This document shows positions 22,915 through 34,930 of a stretch of DNA of 64,000 nt, piece by piece (within the stretch, counting starts at the first letter, position 1; every line of letters begins with the position of its first letter). The stretch covers positions 169,756,001 to 169,820,000 of the forward strand of contig NC_042997.1 of NCBI RefSeq assembly GCF_006345805.1, read 5' to 3'. The notes under the pieces were generated by a model, which saw only the letters and a program-made list of their open reading frames with translations, did no database searches and had not been told where the DNA came from. The position numbers and the translations under genes were made by a program. Source of the DNA: Octopus sinensis (Eukaryota).

Positions 22915-24010
22915 GGAGGTAGAGTCCTGTCTATTTTCTTGCTTACTCAAACCTTAGCCTTTGCTAAGTTAACATTAAGCCACTTCAATTCCAGGTTTTA
23001 CTTTCACACCTGGAATTTCTTTTCTAGTTCTGTTACAGAATCTGCTATGTGAGCAGGATCATCAGCATATAGTAGTTCCCAAGGGTAGCCAGTGTCAAAT
23101 TCCTCTGTTATGGCCTGGAAGATAAACAGGAAAGGACTGAGAATGAAACTCTGATGAATGCCTACTTGTACTCTAAATTCATCACTGTACTCATGATTAA
23201 CTCTCGCCTTACTGACAGAATCTCTGTAAAGGGCAATGGTTTATTCTTAGCCAAATAATTCTGAAGTTGTCTGACTATAAATATTACATCAGTAGTACTT
23301 CTCCCTTCCACCAAGTCAAATTGCATTTCATCTAATCTGGTTCTGTTCCTAATTAATTGGGCTATATTTCTTTCTATAACTTTCATGACCTATCCAGCAA
23401 TTTGATTCCTCTGTAATTACTTTTATCTAAGGTATCTCTCTTATCCTTGTAGCAGCTGACTATAATGATGCTACATTAGTCATTGGGGATGACACATTCC
23501 TGAATAACTTGATTAACTATATGGGTGACTTGACTGTATCCTACTCTGCCAGATGTTTTAAGCATCAACACACTAAATCCTGATGGGCCAGGTCCTTTAC
23601 CTGTCTTCATATCCTTAACTGCCTTATCTATCATACTGCTGTCAATGCAAATAACCAGTCCCTCTATTGGGTTCCCTTTCTCCTATTCATTCTTCACATT
23701 TAATAGCCATTCATAGTTGCACTTCCACATCTTTTTCTTTTTGGAGTCACTGAATGCAAGCATACTATTATCCATCCATTCACGCTTCTCTCCCTCAACA
23801 TCTCAATTGGCTCTGTAAGAACTTCCACTTGTCCTCTGCATTAATCCTCTGCATTAAACTGCAGACCAGCAAGTCATTCGCAACACAGAACTCCAGGAGC
23901 CTTGTTCCCTTCTCTTTTCTTGTGCCAAAGCTAAAACCTCCATACACATCATAAAATCTATTGGCATGTTACTCAGCATAACTGTTGAGGTTTCTGTAGA
24001 AAAGACTTAT
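22915..24010 (-). mobile_element. RTE-clade LINE relic (endonuclease C-terminus to RT)
   Basis: GTRLLEFCVANDL (~23905-23865), ORF 23386-23162 (DEMQF..GRSTTDVIFIVRQLQ), PWELLYADD (YADD at 23069-23058). Confidence 0.85.
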
Positions 24011-24168
24011 CAAAACAGTCCTGTCCATCTGCTAGTCCTATATATGGAGCACATTTAGAGATAAATGTCACTGTTACATTGTACTAGACTATTCTTAACT
24101 ATATATATATATATTATTTTTTAAAGAATGATACATACATAACAATTATATATATGTGTGTGTGTATA

Positions 24169-24378
24169 CAAAGGGGTGCTGAAAAGTTCCTGGCTTTGAG
24201 TAAAAGAAAATACAGGAAGATTAGTTAATGATTTTATTTAACATATTCTCTTATCAGATACACACACTGCAGTGGTCCTTTAGTTTTGCTAAGTCCTGTA
24301 AAAGAACTCGGAAGGGTGGGCCTCCAGCCAGGCATTTCGTGATACCCTTAAAACCAGAAACTTTTCATTACCCCTGCA
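24169..24378. mobile_element. Mariner-type MITE (~210 bp)
   Basis: TA-CAAAGGGGTGCTGAAAAGTTCCTGG at the left end; CCAGAAACTTTTCATTACCCCTGCA at the right end (imperfect TIR). Confidence 0.7.
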
Positions 24379-25329
24379 AATATATATTTACATGACCTAA
24401 TTATATGTATATAATATATATATATATGTATAAATTTTTATTTTTTAATGAAGGATACTTTAAAATGATGGTGATATGCATGTACATATGTACGTGTTTA
24501 TTTCTATAATAAAGGTGTGTGTGTATGTATGTGCGTGTGTGTAATAGTTTAATTGCTTCAGATATAACTTTCCTCTTTCTGTATATGCAAAGTTCATCAA
24601 AAGCAGTACTACTCAAAAACAAGTGTAATATAGAATCTGCCAGATTGTATGAGCTTTAAATGAGAGCACTCTCCATTAAGTTAGTAAATTACTAGAAAAC
24701 CACACTATTCATTGACAGTTTCTATTACCTATGCTATGAATGATGATTGCTTTTGAAAAGAACTAAGTTGAAACTGGTTTTTCATAGATGCATCAACTTA
24801 AAACTGCATTCTATAAATTTAATATTGCATTGTACATGAAAAGTATTAAAATTTTTATTATAAATACTTCAAATGATTCAATCTGCAGAGAATTAAATAA
24901 GAGAAGCTGTTTTATATAACTTATGTAATTTATATTTTATTGAAGCAATAAAAAGCATCTTTATTTAATTCTTGAAGAATCTCCAAGTATTGTAATATGA
25001 CATCGGCGGTGCCCTCAAAAATAGCAGCAATTTCCACAGATATTAATAGTTATTCATATTCAGGATTTATGTCAAAGAATACTATAAAAGTTTACAATGT
25101 TTACTGTCCACATTTTAGTTATAATATGAATAATTTTTTTTCTTCTTATTCTGTAAACTTCTTCAGTTTTATTAACATTTTTACAGAAAGAAATGAAAAA
25201 AAAACATTAAAAGTATAAAAGGTCAAATTATCAAGGAAAAAAAGACCTATAACTACCTCACCAAGGAAATAAAGAAAAAAAGGTGAGGGGAATTATGTAG
25301 CAGACAGTGGGAAGAGAGTAATGGCTTGT

Positions 25330-26130
25330 ACACTCCAAATGGCATGTTTAGATATGCCTTGCAGATATGATTGCAGACACTGCAGATTGGCCCAGTGACA
25401 TTTGCTGCAACAGCCACCTTACCTCACATGGCTCATTTCTCTGACAGGCCATAGTTATCCTGGTTTTGTGGAGGAAATCAGCAGTGTGGAATCTGAGAGC
25501 ACTTGAGGTCTTGGCAGCAATCAGCATAAACTGATAGCAGCCAGTCAAGCTCCTGTATTTATTAATCTTTCTCTCCTCTGCATTACCAGTGGTGATACCT
25601 TGGCTTGTAGCTGATGCAGCAAGGTTGGAGCCAGAGAACATGTTACAGCACATTGCATTTCAAATTATTGATCTGCTTGCTACATATGAAAAGAAGGTCA
25701 TTCTGTTGGGGCACTTAACATCCATGCATTCAAGACATACTGGCTCCAGTTGTGATAGGAAACCAGCTGCATCAAGGTCCCTTCTAATTATGTCATTCAG
25801 ATTTGTGTGTCAGGGGAACCAGCTTATACTATGGCTGAAGGATAATGGATGCAGGCCGAATTCATCTACTATCACTCCACAGCAGTATTTGTCTGCCTCA
25901 CACATGCAAAGTGGCCCTGAGCCACTTCAATACAAGTACACTCATCATCAAGAATAGTACTGGTTGATGAGGAAGGCACCAAATTGAGCCTCATGCCACT
26001 GTTTGGCTGTGAAGCAGAATGGAGGCAGGCAAGGTGGTGCAGATCTAAGACTGTCTCAATCCACCCAAAGGCAGATTTGCATTTGATGTCCCAGTTACAT
26101 TGGACATCTGTATTCTTGGGAATCCCCAAT
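25330..26130 (-). mobile_element. CRE-clade non-LTR retrotransposon 3' relic (zinc knuckle plus restriction-like endonuclease)
   Basis: ORF 26129-25872 (SQPNSGMRLNLVPSSSTSTILDDE), then YCCGVIVDEFGLHPLS (~25895-25848), NLNDIIRRDLDAAG, and ORF 25653-25348 (AEERKINKYRSL..YQFMLIAAKT..LLQQMS). These match the CRE pattern C.CG..VD..G.H.L.C / AE.RK..KY..L / F.P.A.ET. Confidence 0.75.
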
Positions 26131-26799
26131 ACAATTAAATCCCATGTTTTTTTTTTTTACATACTATCTACATCTTTGCATGTTTATTTCATAAACCTCA
26201 CTAATCAATTTACATCATCACCATTGTTAAGAGAGTGGCAGCGGTAAGAGGTAGAGCAAGAAAAACTTGTCAGGTTTTCTTTCCTTATCCCAAGATTTCT
26301 ATATATTATGTCACCATCTCAAGGGAAACACTGTTCAGGTGTCAACTCCACATATCTGAAGATGGACATAGAGTGTAATGAAAAGCTTAGCTAATATTTC
26401 TTCTATTTCTCACTTTGGAAAGCATAAAGATTATTTTTCTGTGCTAACTAGATGTAGGCATTGCTGTGTAGTTAAAAAACTTTTTTTGCAATCACTTGGT
26501 CATGAGTCCTGTCCTGGTGCTTTGCATCTTAAACATATTTCTTCTACTATATCTTCAGGCTGAACAGTGTTTTGTGAATGAAATTTGGTAGACAGAAACT
26601 GAGTGAAAGCCTATGTCTTTATTTCTTTCCATGCCAATCAGCATCAAATTACCTTGAATGAAACAAAAGATTTCTCAACTATCCTCATTCATCAAATTTC
26701 ATTCCATTTGTTATAAGTAGCTTCACTATGAATATTTAGAGAATTATAGGCACCATATCACTCCATAATCTCATACCATATAGCAGGATATATTATCAA

Positions 26800-27190
26800 C
26801 ATTGCTTTTAACGTCGACTTTTCCATGCTTGCTTGGGTTGAACGGAGTTGTTATTGAGGTAGATTTCCTACAAATGGATGATCTTCCTGGTGCCAACTCT
26901 TACCTGTCTCCAAATAAAGTAACAGTTTCCCATGGCCAGACTTGTTTACACAAAATTTTGGAAATGAATGATATTCATTTACAACAATCACTTAATGTCT
27001 TGTCAAGGAGGCACAAGCATACACACTCTCACACTTACACACACACACACACACACACAACTTCTTTCAATTTCCATCTATCAAATCCACTCGCAAGGCT
27101 TCGATTGTTGGTTTAGGGCTATAGTAGAAGACCTTTGTCCTAATTGTCACATATAAGGATTGAATCAGAAAACGTGGTTGTAAAACAAGC
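26800..27190 (-). mobile_element. tRNA-derived SINE (family D); related copies at ~38340-38920 (-), ~46240-46560 (+) and ~55910-56335 (-)
   Basis: Shared TTTTCCATGCTTGC..GAGGTAGATTT..CCATGGCCAGAC/TGGACATG body and TTTCAATTTCCATCTATCAAATCCACTC..AGGC head. Confidence 0.7.
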
Positions 27191-27590
27191 CATATTATAT
27201 ATATGGTGAACTTTGCTGTCATAGATGACAGATGAGGTTTCTGAAATTCCTTGCTGATCAACCTGCACTGATGGTTTGTTTATAGTAATCGGATGTTTGT
27301 GCTGTACATATTAGCTCATTCTGTTCACCAAATTTACATAGCCTGTCCAGGTAGGTGCATAGTGTATCACTCATTAAATGTCAAAGTGATCACAATTTTT
27401 TTGAGTGTACTCACATCATATATATATATAATCTAACATTATAATATCCGTAAGTTGAGGAACAAACTAAATTTGTTTCTCCATTTTCTTATTTGTATTA
27501 TATATATAAATATATATAAATAACTAATTTTTTGAGTAATGAGATAAAAAACCAAGACTGTGTAGATATTAGAACATTTATAGATAGAAG

Positions 27591-27642
27591 GTCTTACAGC
27601 TGTTTCCAGGATATTTATTAATTATATCTCTTCGTTGGAGAC
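27591..27642 (-). ncRNA. Degenerate minimal hammerhead motif
   Basis: Minus strand: GTCT-CCAACGA-AGAGATA..TATCCTG-GAAA-CAGCTG-TA^AGAC. Stem I GTCT/AGAC and perfect palindrome ACAGCTGT, but the core is CCAACGA (two changes from CUGANGA). Confidence 0.5.
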
Positions 27643-27769
27643 GGTGTGAGAGGATGGCTAAAGTAATAGTTAATTTAGATAGGTAATAGTTCATTTATAT
27701 ATATTATGACAGTGCAATACGCATATATATATATATATAACGTGTGTGTGTATATATAACATGGAGGTG

Positions 27770-28090
27770 ACTTCCTTTCGAGCAGTGGGTCTCACGGAGG
27801 TAAAGTGGTTGAGTTCCTTTCAAGTATTAGGCCTCAAGGAGGCAATGACCAAAACCTTTAGCATTATGTCATGCTTGAAAAGAAGACCCATCAAGCCAAG
27901 CAAAATTGCAGTCGTGACAGTTACTGGTGTCACGTAAAAGCACCCATTACACTCTCAGAGTGGTTGGTGTTAAGAAGAGCATCCAGCTGTAAAAACCATG
28001 CCAAAACAGATTGGAGTCTGGTGCAGCTTGCCAGCCCTGGTCAAACTGTCCAACCCACGCCAGCATGGACAATGGACATTTAATGATGAT
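27770..28090 (+). mobile_element. 5'-truncated RTE 3' end joined to the family-B (GAT)n tail; second copy at ~53255-53585 (-)
   Basis: LGLKEAMTK..(M)LEKKTHQAK (RTE ORF2 C-terminus) runs directly into GCACCCATTACACTCTCAGAGTGGTTGG..GCATCCAGCTGTA..GATGATG. Confidence 0.7.
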
Positions 28091-28119
28091 GTATATTGGT
28101 ATATTTCTATGTGTTTGTA

Positions 28120-28181
<62 letters not shown>

Positions 28182-28775
28182 CACACGCACACACTAGCAG
28201 TAATACCCGTCGTTGATCAGGGGATTACTTTTATTGTTTCTTGGGAGCCACATCCAAAGTATTATTATATATATAATTTACTCCTCCTGTATACGTATAT
28301 TTTTATAAGAGAGAAATATGTAATAATTGAAGAAGAAAAAAGATCAATTTCATCCTTGAATGTAATGATAGTAATGGCAAATGAAGTTATTGAAGTATTC
28401 ATTAAGAATGAATATTTCTTTAAAAACAAGAGTAAAAATATTTTATTTTATTTTATTTATTTATTCATAATAGAATAGAAGGATAAAATCATGTTAATGA
28501 TTTTTATCAGGTAGTCAGCATGAAATAAAAATTTATAGGTAATTTATATATCAAATATATATATATATATATATATTTAGGGAGCAAGGCAAAACGCCTA
28601 TCTCCTATGCACTTGAAATTAATGCACTGGCACTAAAAAACTGCCGAAAATCTCCAAAAAAGACACATGCTGTGTTACTTAGCTTGTGAGAACATCTTGT
28701 ATGGACACAAAGTGCATAAAAGCACTCATATTTATATTGTTGGCAGACGAGAATTATCTGTTATGGGTGTCAGAA

Positions 28776-28821
28776 CTGCTGGATTACTTGATTTCATCCT
28801 GCACTGTGTTTTCAGTGGCAG
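28776..28821 (-). ncRNA. Degenerate hammerhead (inverted partner of 29077-29122)
   Basis: Minus strand: CTGCCA-CTGAAAA-..-GAAA-TCAAGTAA-TC^CAGCAG. G8 is lost. Confidence 0.45.
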
Positions 28822-29076
28822 ACATCCAATAATGACATAACAGCATCATACACCATGCATCCATGTGAGAGCTCCTTTCAAGGTAAAACACAGTATTCAA
28901 TGCTGTAATACAACACCCATGCTAAGTTGAATATAAAGATTGCCATTTGGTATTAATACTGCTTCTGTTGCAATTAATTACTATTTGATAAGTCTGCTGG
29001 CTATTTGTGACATCAGTACCTGAAAAGACACTGAATTTCTATATATCAATGACAAAGAGATTCAACTACAGGATGT

Positions 29077-29122
29077 CTTCTACTGAAGAGCCTGGGCAGT
29101 GTGAAATCACATGATCTGGCAG
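29077..29122 (+). ncRNA. Minimal type I hammerhead motif
   Basis: CTTCTA-CTGAAGA-GC..GT-GAAA-TCACATGA-TC^TGGCAG. Core is intact; stem III ATCACATGAT is one CpG-type change from palindromic ATCACGTGAT; stem I has 5 of 6 pairs (the partner copy suggests ancestral CTGCCA/TGGCAG). Confidence 0.65.
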
Positions 29123-29430
29123 TTCCAGCAGCTGCCAGAACAGACAGTTCTCATCTACCAATGATATAAATATGAGTGCTTTTATGCATCATACATCCAT
29201 ACGAGAGGGCCTTTCAAGCTAAATAACACAACATTCAGTGTTGTAATACATCTATGTTCAGTTGGATATAAAGATTACCTTTTAGTATTAATATATATAT
29301 CATCATCATCATCATCATCATCATTTAACGTCCGCTTTCCATGCTAGCATGGGTTGGACGGTTCAACTGGGGTCTGGGGAGCCCGAAAGCTGCACCAGTC
29401 CAGTCAGATCTGGCAGTGTTTCTACAGTGT

Positions 29431-29469
<39 letters not shown>

Positions 29470-29868
29470 TCTTGTTCCAGTCATTAGACTGCGGCCATAC
29501 CAGGGTACCACCTTTAAGGATTTCCAGTTGAATGAATCAGCCCTACTTCTTATTTTACTTTTTTTTTTTAAACTTGGTACTTATTCTATCAATTTCTTTT
29601 GGTGAACTGTTAAGTTGCAGGGATGTAAACACATCAGCACCAGTAGACAAATGCTGGTGGGGGGGATGTGCAAAATCAAACACAAAGACATACACACATA
29701 GATATATACAATGCGCTTCTTTCAGTTTCCATCTACCAAATCCACCCAAAAGACTTTGGCCAGCCCAAAATTATAGTAGAAGACACTTGCCCAAGGTGCT
29801 ACACTGTGGGACTGAATGCTGAACGATGTGATTGGAAAGCAAGCTTCTTGCCACACAGCCATACATGT
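29470..29868 (-). mobile_element. tRNA-derived SINE (family A), preceded by a truncated family-B tail at 29300-29430
   Basis: Homologous to 37062-37447 in reverse. Confidence 0.8.
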
Positions 29869-30360
29869 ATTGTAAGATGTGATGTACTTTTCCATTTTTT
29901 AAGATAGTAAGAATCCATCTCATCTAAGAAGTCTACCTCAATCTATACAACATATAGATCGAATTATAAGTTGGAAAAATGGAAAATTTAACATTTTGAT
30001 GGTCCACTGACAATCTTGATTTGAAGTCTGCAAGTCAATTCTTTCTATTTCAGTAAAATCTAATTTTCCAAACATTTTTGTTGCATATTGAGTTATAAAT
30101 GATTATAGGTCCAAATGTGAACTTATAATCTATGCAGAAAAATTTCAATTTTCTTATTAATTTTCTATTGATGTACAGTATACTTTATTATTTTTTGGAT
30201 TGGATGCAATACTGATAAAACTTAACTTCTATAACATTTTTTTTATCCTCTATTACAAAACAAAAGAAGAAAATTACCAGCTTAAGCATACATTTTATAG
30301 ATGTGGTTATCAGTGCATCATCCTGCAGATATTGTCTTTTTGTTTTGTATCAATTCTTTT

Positions 30361-32243
30361 CATCATCATCATCATCATCATTTAGCGTCCGTTTTCCATG
30401 CTAGCATGGGTTGGACGGTTCAACTGGGGTCTGGGGAGCCCGAAGGCTGCACCAGGCCAGTCAGATCTGGCAGTGTTTCTACAGCTGGATGCCCTTCCTA
30501 ACGCCAACCACTCCGAGAGTGTAGTGGGTGATTTTATGTGCCACCGACACAGGTGCCAGACGAGGCTGGCGAACGGCCACGCTCGGATGGTGTTTTATGT
30601 GCCACCGACACAGGTGCCAGACGAGGCTGGCAGACGGCCACGCTCGGATGGTGTTTTTATGTGCCACCGACACAGGTGCCAGATGAGGCTGGCGGACGGC
30701 CACGATCGGATGGTGTTTGTTACGTCCCCAAAGCACGGAGGCCAGTCTATGCGGTACTGGCTACGGCCACGTTCGGATGATTTTCTTGTGTGCCACCGGC
30801 ACTGGTACCACAAAGATACAAATTCCATTGATGTTCATCTATTTTGATTTGTTTTGATTTGATTTTCACTTGCCTCAACAGGTCTTCACAAGTGTCTCAA
30901 GAAGGAAGGTATGCACAGGTGGACTGACTACGTCCCAGGTAGGGGCCACGGGTTATGGCCTGACTAGTCTTACGGCCACGATCGGATGGTGTTTGTTACG
31001 TGCCCACAGCACGGAGGCCAGTCGATGCGGTACTGGCTACGGCCACGTTCGGATGGTTTTCTTGTGTGCCACCGGCACTGGTACCACAAAGATACAAATT
31101 CCATTGATGTTCATCCATTTTGATTTGATTTGATTTGATTTTTGATTTTCACTTGCCTCAACAGGTCTTCACAGGTCTTCACAAGTGTCACAGGAAGGAA
31201 GGAAGGTATGCACAGGGGACTGACTACGTCCCAAGTAGGGGCCACGGGTTATGGCCTGACTAGTCTTGCCGGGTCTTCGGTTGGTGTTTTTATGTGCCAC
31301 CGACACAGGTGCCAGATGAGGCTGGCGAACGGCCACGATCGGATGGTGTTTGTTATGTGCCCACGTCACAGAGGCCAGTCGATGCGGTACTGGCTACGGC
31401 CACGTTCGGATGGTTTTCTCTTGTGTGCCAACGGTACTGGTACCACAAAGATACAAATTCCATTGATGTTCATCTATTTTGATTTGGTTTGATTTGATTT
31501 TCACTTGCCTCAACAGGTCTACACAATTGTCACACACTTGCCTCAACAGGTCTTCACAAGTGTCATAAGTAGGTGTCACACACTTGCCTCAACAGGTCTT
31601 CACAAGTGTCATAAGTAGGAAGGTATGCATAGGTGGACTGACTACATCGCCGGGTCTTCGGATGGTGTTTTTATGTGCCACCGACACAGGTGCCAGATGA
31701 GGCTGGCGAACGGCCACGATCAGATGGTGTTTGTTGTGCCCACAGCACGGAGGCCAGTCGATGCGGTACTGGCTACGGCCACGTTCGGATGGTTTTCTTG
31801 TGTGCCACCGGTACTGGAACCACAAAGATACAAATTCCATTGATGTTCATCTATTTTGATTTGGATTGATTTGATTTTCACTTGCCTCAACAGGTCTCCA
31901 CAAGTGTCACACACTTGCCTCTGCCTCAACAGGTCTTCACAAGTGTCACACACTTGCCTCAACAGGTCTTCACAAGTGTCATAAGAGGGAAGGTATGCAC
32001 AGGTGGACGACTACGTCGCCGGGTCTTCGGATGGTGTCTTTATGTGCCACCGACACAGGTGCCAGATGAGGCTGGCGAACGGCCACGATCGGATAGTGTG
32101 TGTTGTGCCCACAGCACGGAGGCCAGTCGATGCGGTACTGGCTACGGCCACGTTCGGATGGTTTTCTTGTGTGCCACCGGTACTGGAACCACAAAGATAC
32201 AAATTCCATTGATGTTCATCTATTTTGATTTGGTTTGATTTTG
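30361..32243 (-). repeat. Multimeric composite array 2 (same units as array 1, opposite orientation)
   Basis: Anchor CAAAGATACAAATTCC at 30811, 31087, 31446, 31823 and 32192 (periods 276, 359, 377, 369 bp); (CAT)n family-B tail at 30361. Confidence 0.92.
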
Positions 32244-32699
32244 TTCTCAACACTTTTAGAGCCATGTAGTGTTTTTCTTCCACATGCATATTTTATGTGG
32301 TTTAAATATTATGGTGTCAACTGATCACATGGAAAATACTGCTGTCTCTTATACTGCATATGCTGTCTCACACATTGTATATCAGAACTAGTAAAAAAGA
32401 AAGATAAAACCAGATTTGTGGTGGAGTACCACACCAACTGGAAATTGATATCATTGTCTAGTGTTGAGATCAATTACTCTTAAATGAAAATGATAGGATG
32501 AATGTTAAAAAATTACTCCATTGATTAATTGATTGTTTGATTCACTAAGATTCAAGTTGGTTCCTTTTTTGTTAGTGCTTTGTGATATTTTAATAGATGC
32601 GAAATTACAGTGAGGAATTTACGTGTGGTTGAATATTTCTTGTCAATATACAAAATTATTAAGTTCTAATAATTTTCTATAGATTTTTGTTTCGTATCT

Positions 32700-33250
32700 T
32701 TCCAACTGTAAGAAAAACCTTCATGTCAGCTGAGCAATTGATATTCACAAACATAGTTTTTTTCTTGTTCACAGGAGTATGAGGTGTGTTGTATTATCAT
32801 CATTGACAACTTGTCATTTTATTAGTATTTATAATACTCAACATTCCTTTTTCTGGCTCTGCCAGAAAAGTCATTTTTTTGTTGGCATTGTCTATAGCTT
32901 GTTTGTAATGTCACACTTCATATAAATGTAGAAGCTCATTGATATTTCAGAGTAGTGTTCTTCAGAGTTTACCTGATATGACTGACATTTTCTGTTGCTG
33001 GATCTCCTCCAAAGAATAATGGTTTCCAACATCTCTTTTTCATAGTGTTTCTTTGTTCTTAAAGATATTTTAACTTCAGATGCATATCCTTGAAAGTTAG
33101 CTATTCCCTCCTATATATTTCTCATAAACTCCTGTTTCAAAATTTTTATCCCTCTTCATATCAACATACCCCAGACAGCCCCTGCATCTATGATACAAAC
33201 TGCTTGTTTTAAAGCAAACTAAAAAGGTCATTTACCAAAATTTATGTTAA
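32700..33250 (-). mobile_element. Possible LINE endonuclease relic (RTE-like)
   Basis: Weak remnants only (..FGGD.. near 33010, ..K.KMTF..). Heavily decayed. Confidence 0.3.
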
Positions 33251-33586
33251 TTCATGTTATCTATCAAAATATTATCTTAATTCATGTTCCAAACACCACC
33301 TTAATAACAAGTTATTTTACTAAATTTTTCATTATTTCCAAAATTAACTGAAAGGGAGTGCACTTCAGAAATATAGTAACAAAAGGATTTGATAATTATT
33401 TATTGTCTAGTATACATCATGACTTTCTAATGAAGTGTCTAGCTAATCATTTATGGTAACTTGGATGTGACCCTCATTGCTTTTATTGCATTGATATCTG
33501 GGATGTGGAATTATATCCTATATTACAATATCAAATCCCCAAGTAGTTTGTTCTTAATTGTACTATGGTTTGCTAGGTAACCACAA

Positions 33587-33725
33587 TATCCATAGACACA
33601 TTACCATTTGTTATTAACTGCGTAACATGTACCCATCACAGCAAAGTGACTAGGAAAGCAAAAGATGCTTTTTGTGTGACACACAACCTGAAACCTCTCT
33701 CTTCTCTTAATCTGCAGTTAAACTT
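33587..33725 (+). repeat. Source copy of a 138-139-bp near-identical dispersed duplication (second copy 36242-36379)
   Basis: TATCCATAGACACATTACC...CTGCAGTTAAACTT occurs twice with one 1-nt indel and one substitution. Confidence 0.92.
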
Positions 33726-33729
33726 TTGC

Positions 33730-34140
33730 GGCCTCTTTTAAATGATCTCCCTACAAACTTTCTAGGATCCACATAGCCAGCTCTCATCAACCAAGATGAG
33801 TTTGTGAGTCTTGTCTTTGCCTATAAACCCACTATTTATTTTGCTGCCAACTTTACCATTTATAATTCTGTTCTGAATATGCATACAATGAAAATCCCCC
33901 TAAACTAACTTTTGTTTCAAACTTATCTACCTCAGCATTTTGTGCACACAGTTGATATTTGTAAAGACTATTTCAGTCACTTCATACAAAGTGATTGGCC
34001 CTGATCTCTACGTACTTCTCAAATATTGTACTCCTGAACTGGTCTCTATTTTTATTAAGCTTTTTGACCTTTTCATATCAACATTTATTTACCTTGACTT
34101 TTGAAAATGCATAACAGTATCTACCGACCTACCTGCTGAT
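33730..34140 (+). mobile_element. CR1-like LINE relic
   Basis: GPDLYVLLKYCTPEL (33997-34041), resembling KA.GPD.I...VLK.C.PEL. Confidence 0.6.
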
Positions 34141-34552
34141 ATTTGTTGTCATTCGTCAAGTAACATAATAGTAACCTTCTAAATTTATATGATCACCATC
34201 ATCATTATCATCTTATGTTCATTTTACCATGTTGGCGTGGTTGTGTAAGTCTCACAGTATTTCACTACATATCACAGTCCTCCATCATTTAGCACCCACA
34301 GCGACAGAAAAAAGCAGCTAAAACTTTGTTGTCATATGTGTTTTTGGTGCATGGCTTTTATGGTTGAATGTTTAGTGTATTCTTACCACTGGCACTAAAA
34401 GAGGATCTCTACAGTTTTTATTTGGAGATATTGTTGTCCTACCTACATTAGTTGCCTATGTTGTAGCTTGCCAATATTATGTCTCATGTTTATTCTTCCA
34501 TATATATATATATATATATATATGGAAGCAAAGATGACCAGTTTGTTCATCA

Positions 34553-34930
34553 TCATCATCATCGTTTAACGTCCACTTTCCATGCTAGCATGGGTTGGAC
34601 GATTTTGACTGAGGGCTGGCAAACCAGATGGCTGCACCAGGCTCTCCAATCTTGATCTGGCAGAGTTTCTACAGCTGGATGCCTTTCCTAACGCCAACCA
34701 CTTCGAGAGTGTAGTGAGTGCTTTTTACGTGCCACTGGCACGGGGGCCAGTCAGGCGGTACTGGCAACGACCTCGCTCAAATCTTTTTACACATGCCACC
34801 GGCACAGGTGCTAGTAAGGCGACACTGGTAACAATCACACTCGAATGGTGCCTTTTACATGCCACCAGCACGGAAGCCAATTAGCCGCTCTGTCAATGAT
34901 CATTTTCGTATGGTGCTCTTTGCACCCCAC
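34553..34930 (-). mobile_element. Family-B SINE with internal ~62-bp subrepeats; opposite-orientation copy at ~35500-35882 (+)
   Basis: (CAT)n-CGTTTAACGTCCACTTTCCATGCTAGCATGGG tail, CTACAGCTGGATGCC..AACGCCAACCAC central motif, GCCAGT..ACTGGC subrepeats. Confidence 0.85.

Larger units (their letters stand above)
28713..29292. mobile_element. Hammerhead-bearing element with PLE pLTR-like architecture (inverted fragment plus ~1.3 tandem units)
   Basis: 28713-28827 is an inverted copy of 29071-29188; 28843-28957 is directly repeated at 29186-29292. Confidence 0.7.

Noticed and set aside
26350-26397. CTGAAGA-TGGAC..GAAA-AGCT-TA with palindromic AAGCTT
   Set aside because: Stems I and II do not pair in this copy. 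It may be a very decayed hammerhead but cannot be supported without a consensus.
30660-30720. Hammerhead-like CAGAYGAG-GCTGG-CGAAC-GGCC in the array subrepeat
   Set aside because: U4 and A15.1 are wrong in every copy and no stem I or stem III pairing is possible. CTGTTGA..GAAA in the 30-bp unit also fails (no NUH or stem I).
31215-31270. Twister-like CTAC-GTCCCAA-GTAG hairpin in the array unit
   Set aside because: Lacks the AAGC loop end, the UAA..GC segment and the GAGGG strand in the required order.
32935-32972. Minus-strand CTGAAGA..GAAATATC
   Set aside because: No stem I or II pairing, and it lies within what looks like a LINE coding relic.
33340-33380. CTGAAAG-GGAGTGCACTTC-A-GAAA-TA-TA-GTAA
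   Set aside because: Core mismatched and stem I closing pair absent; too degenerate to count.
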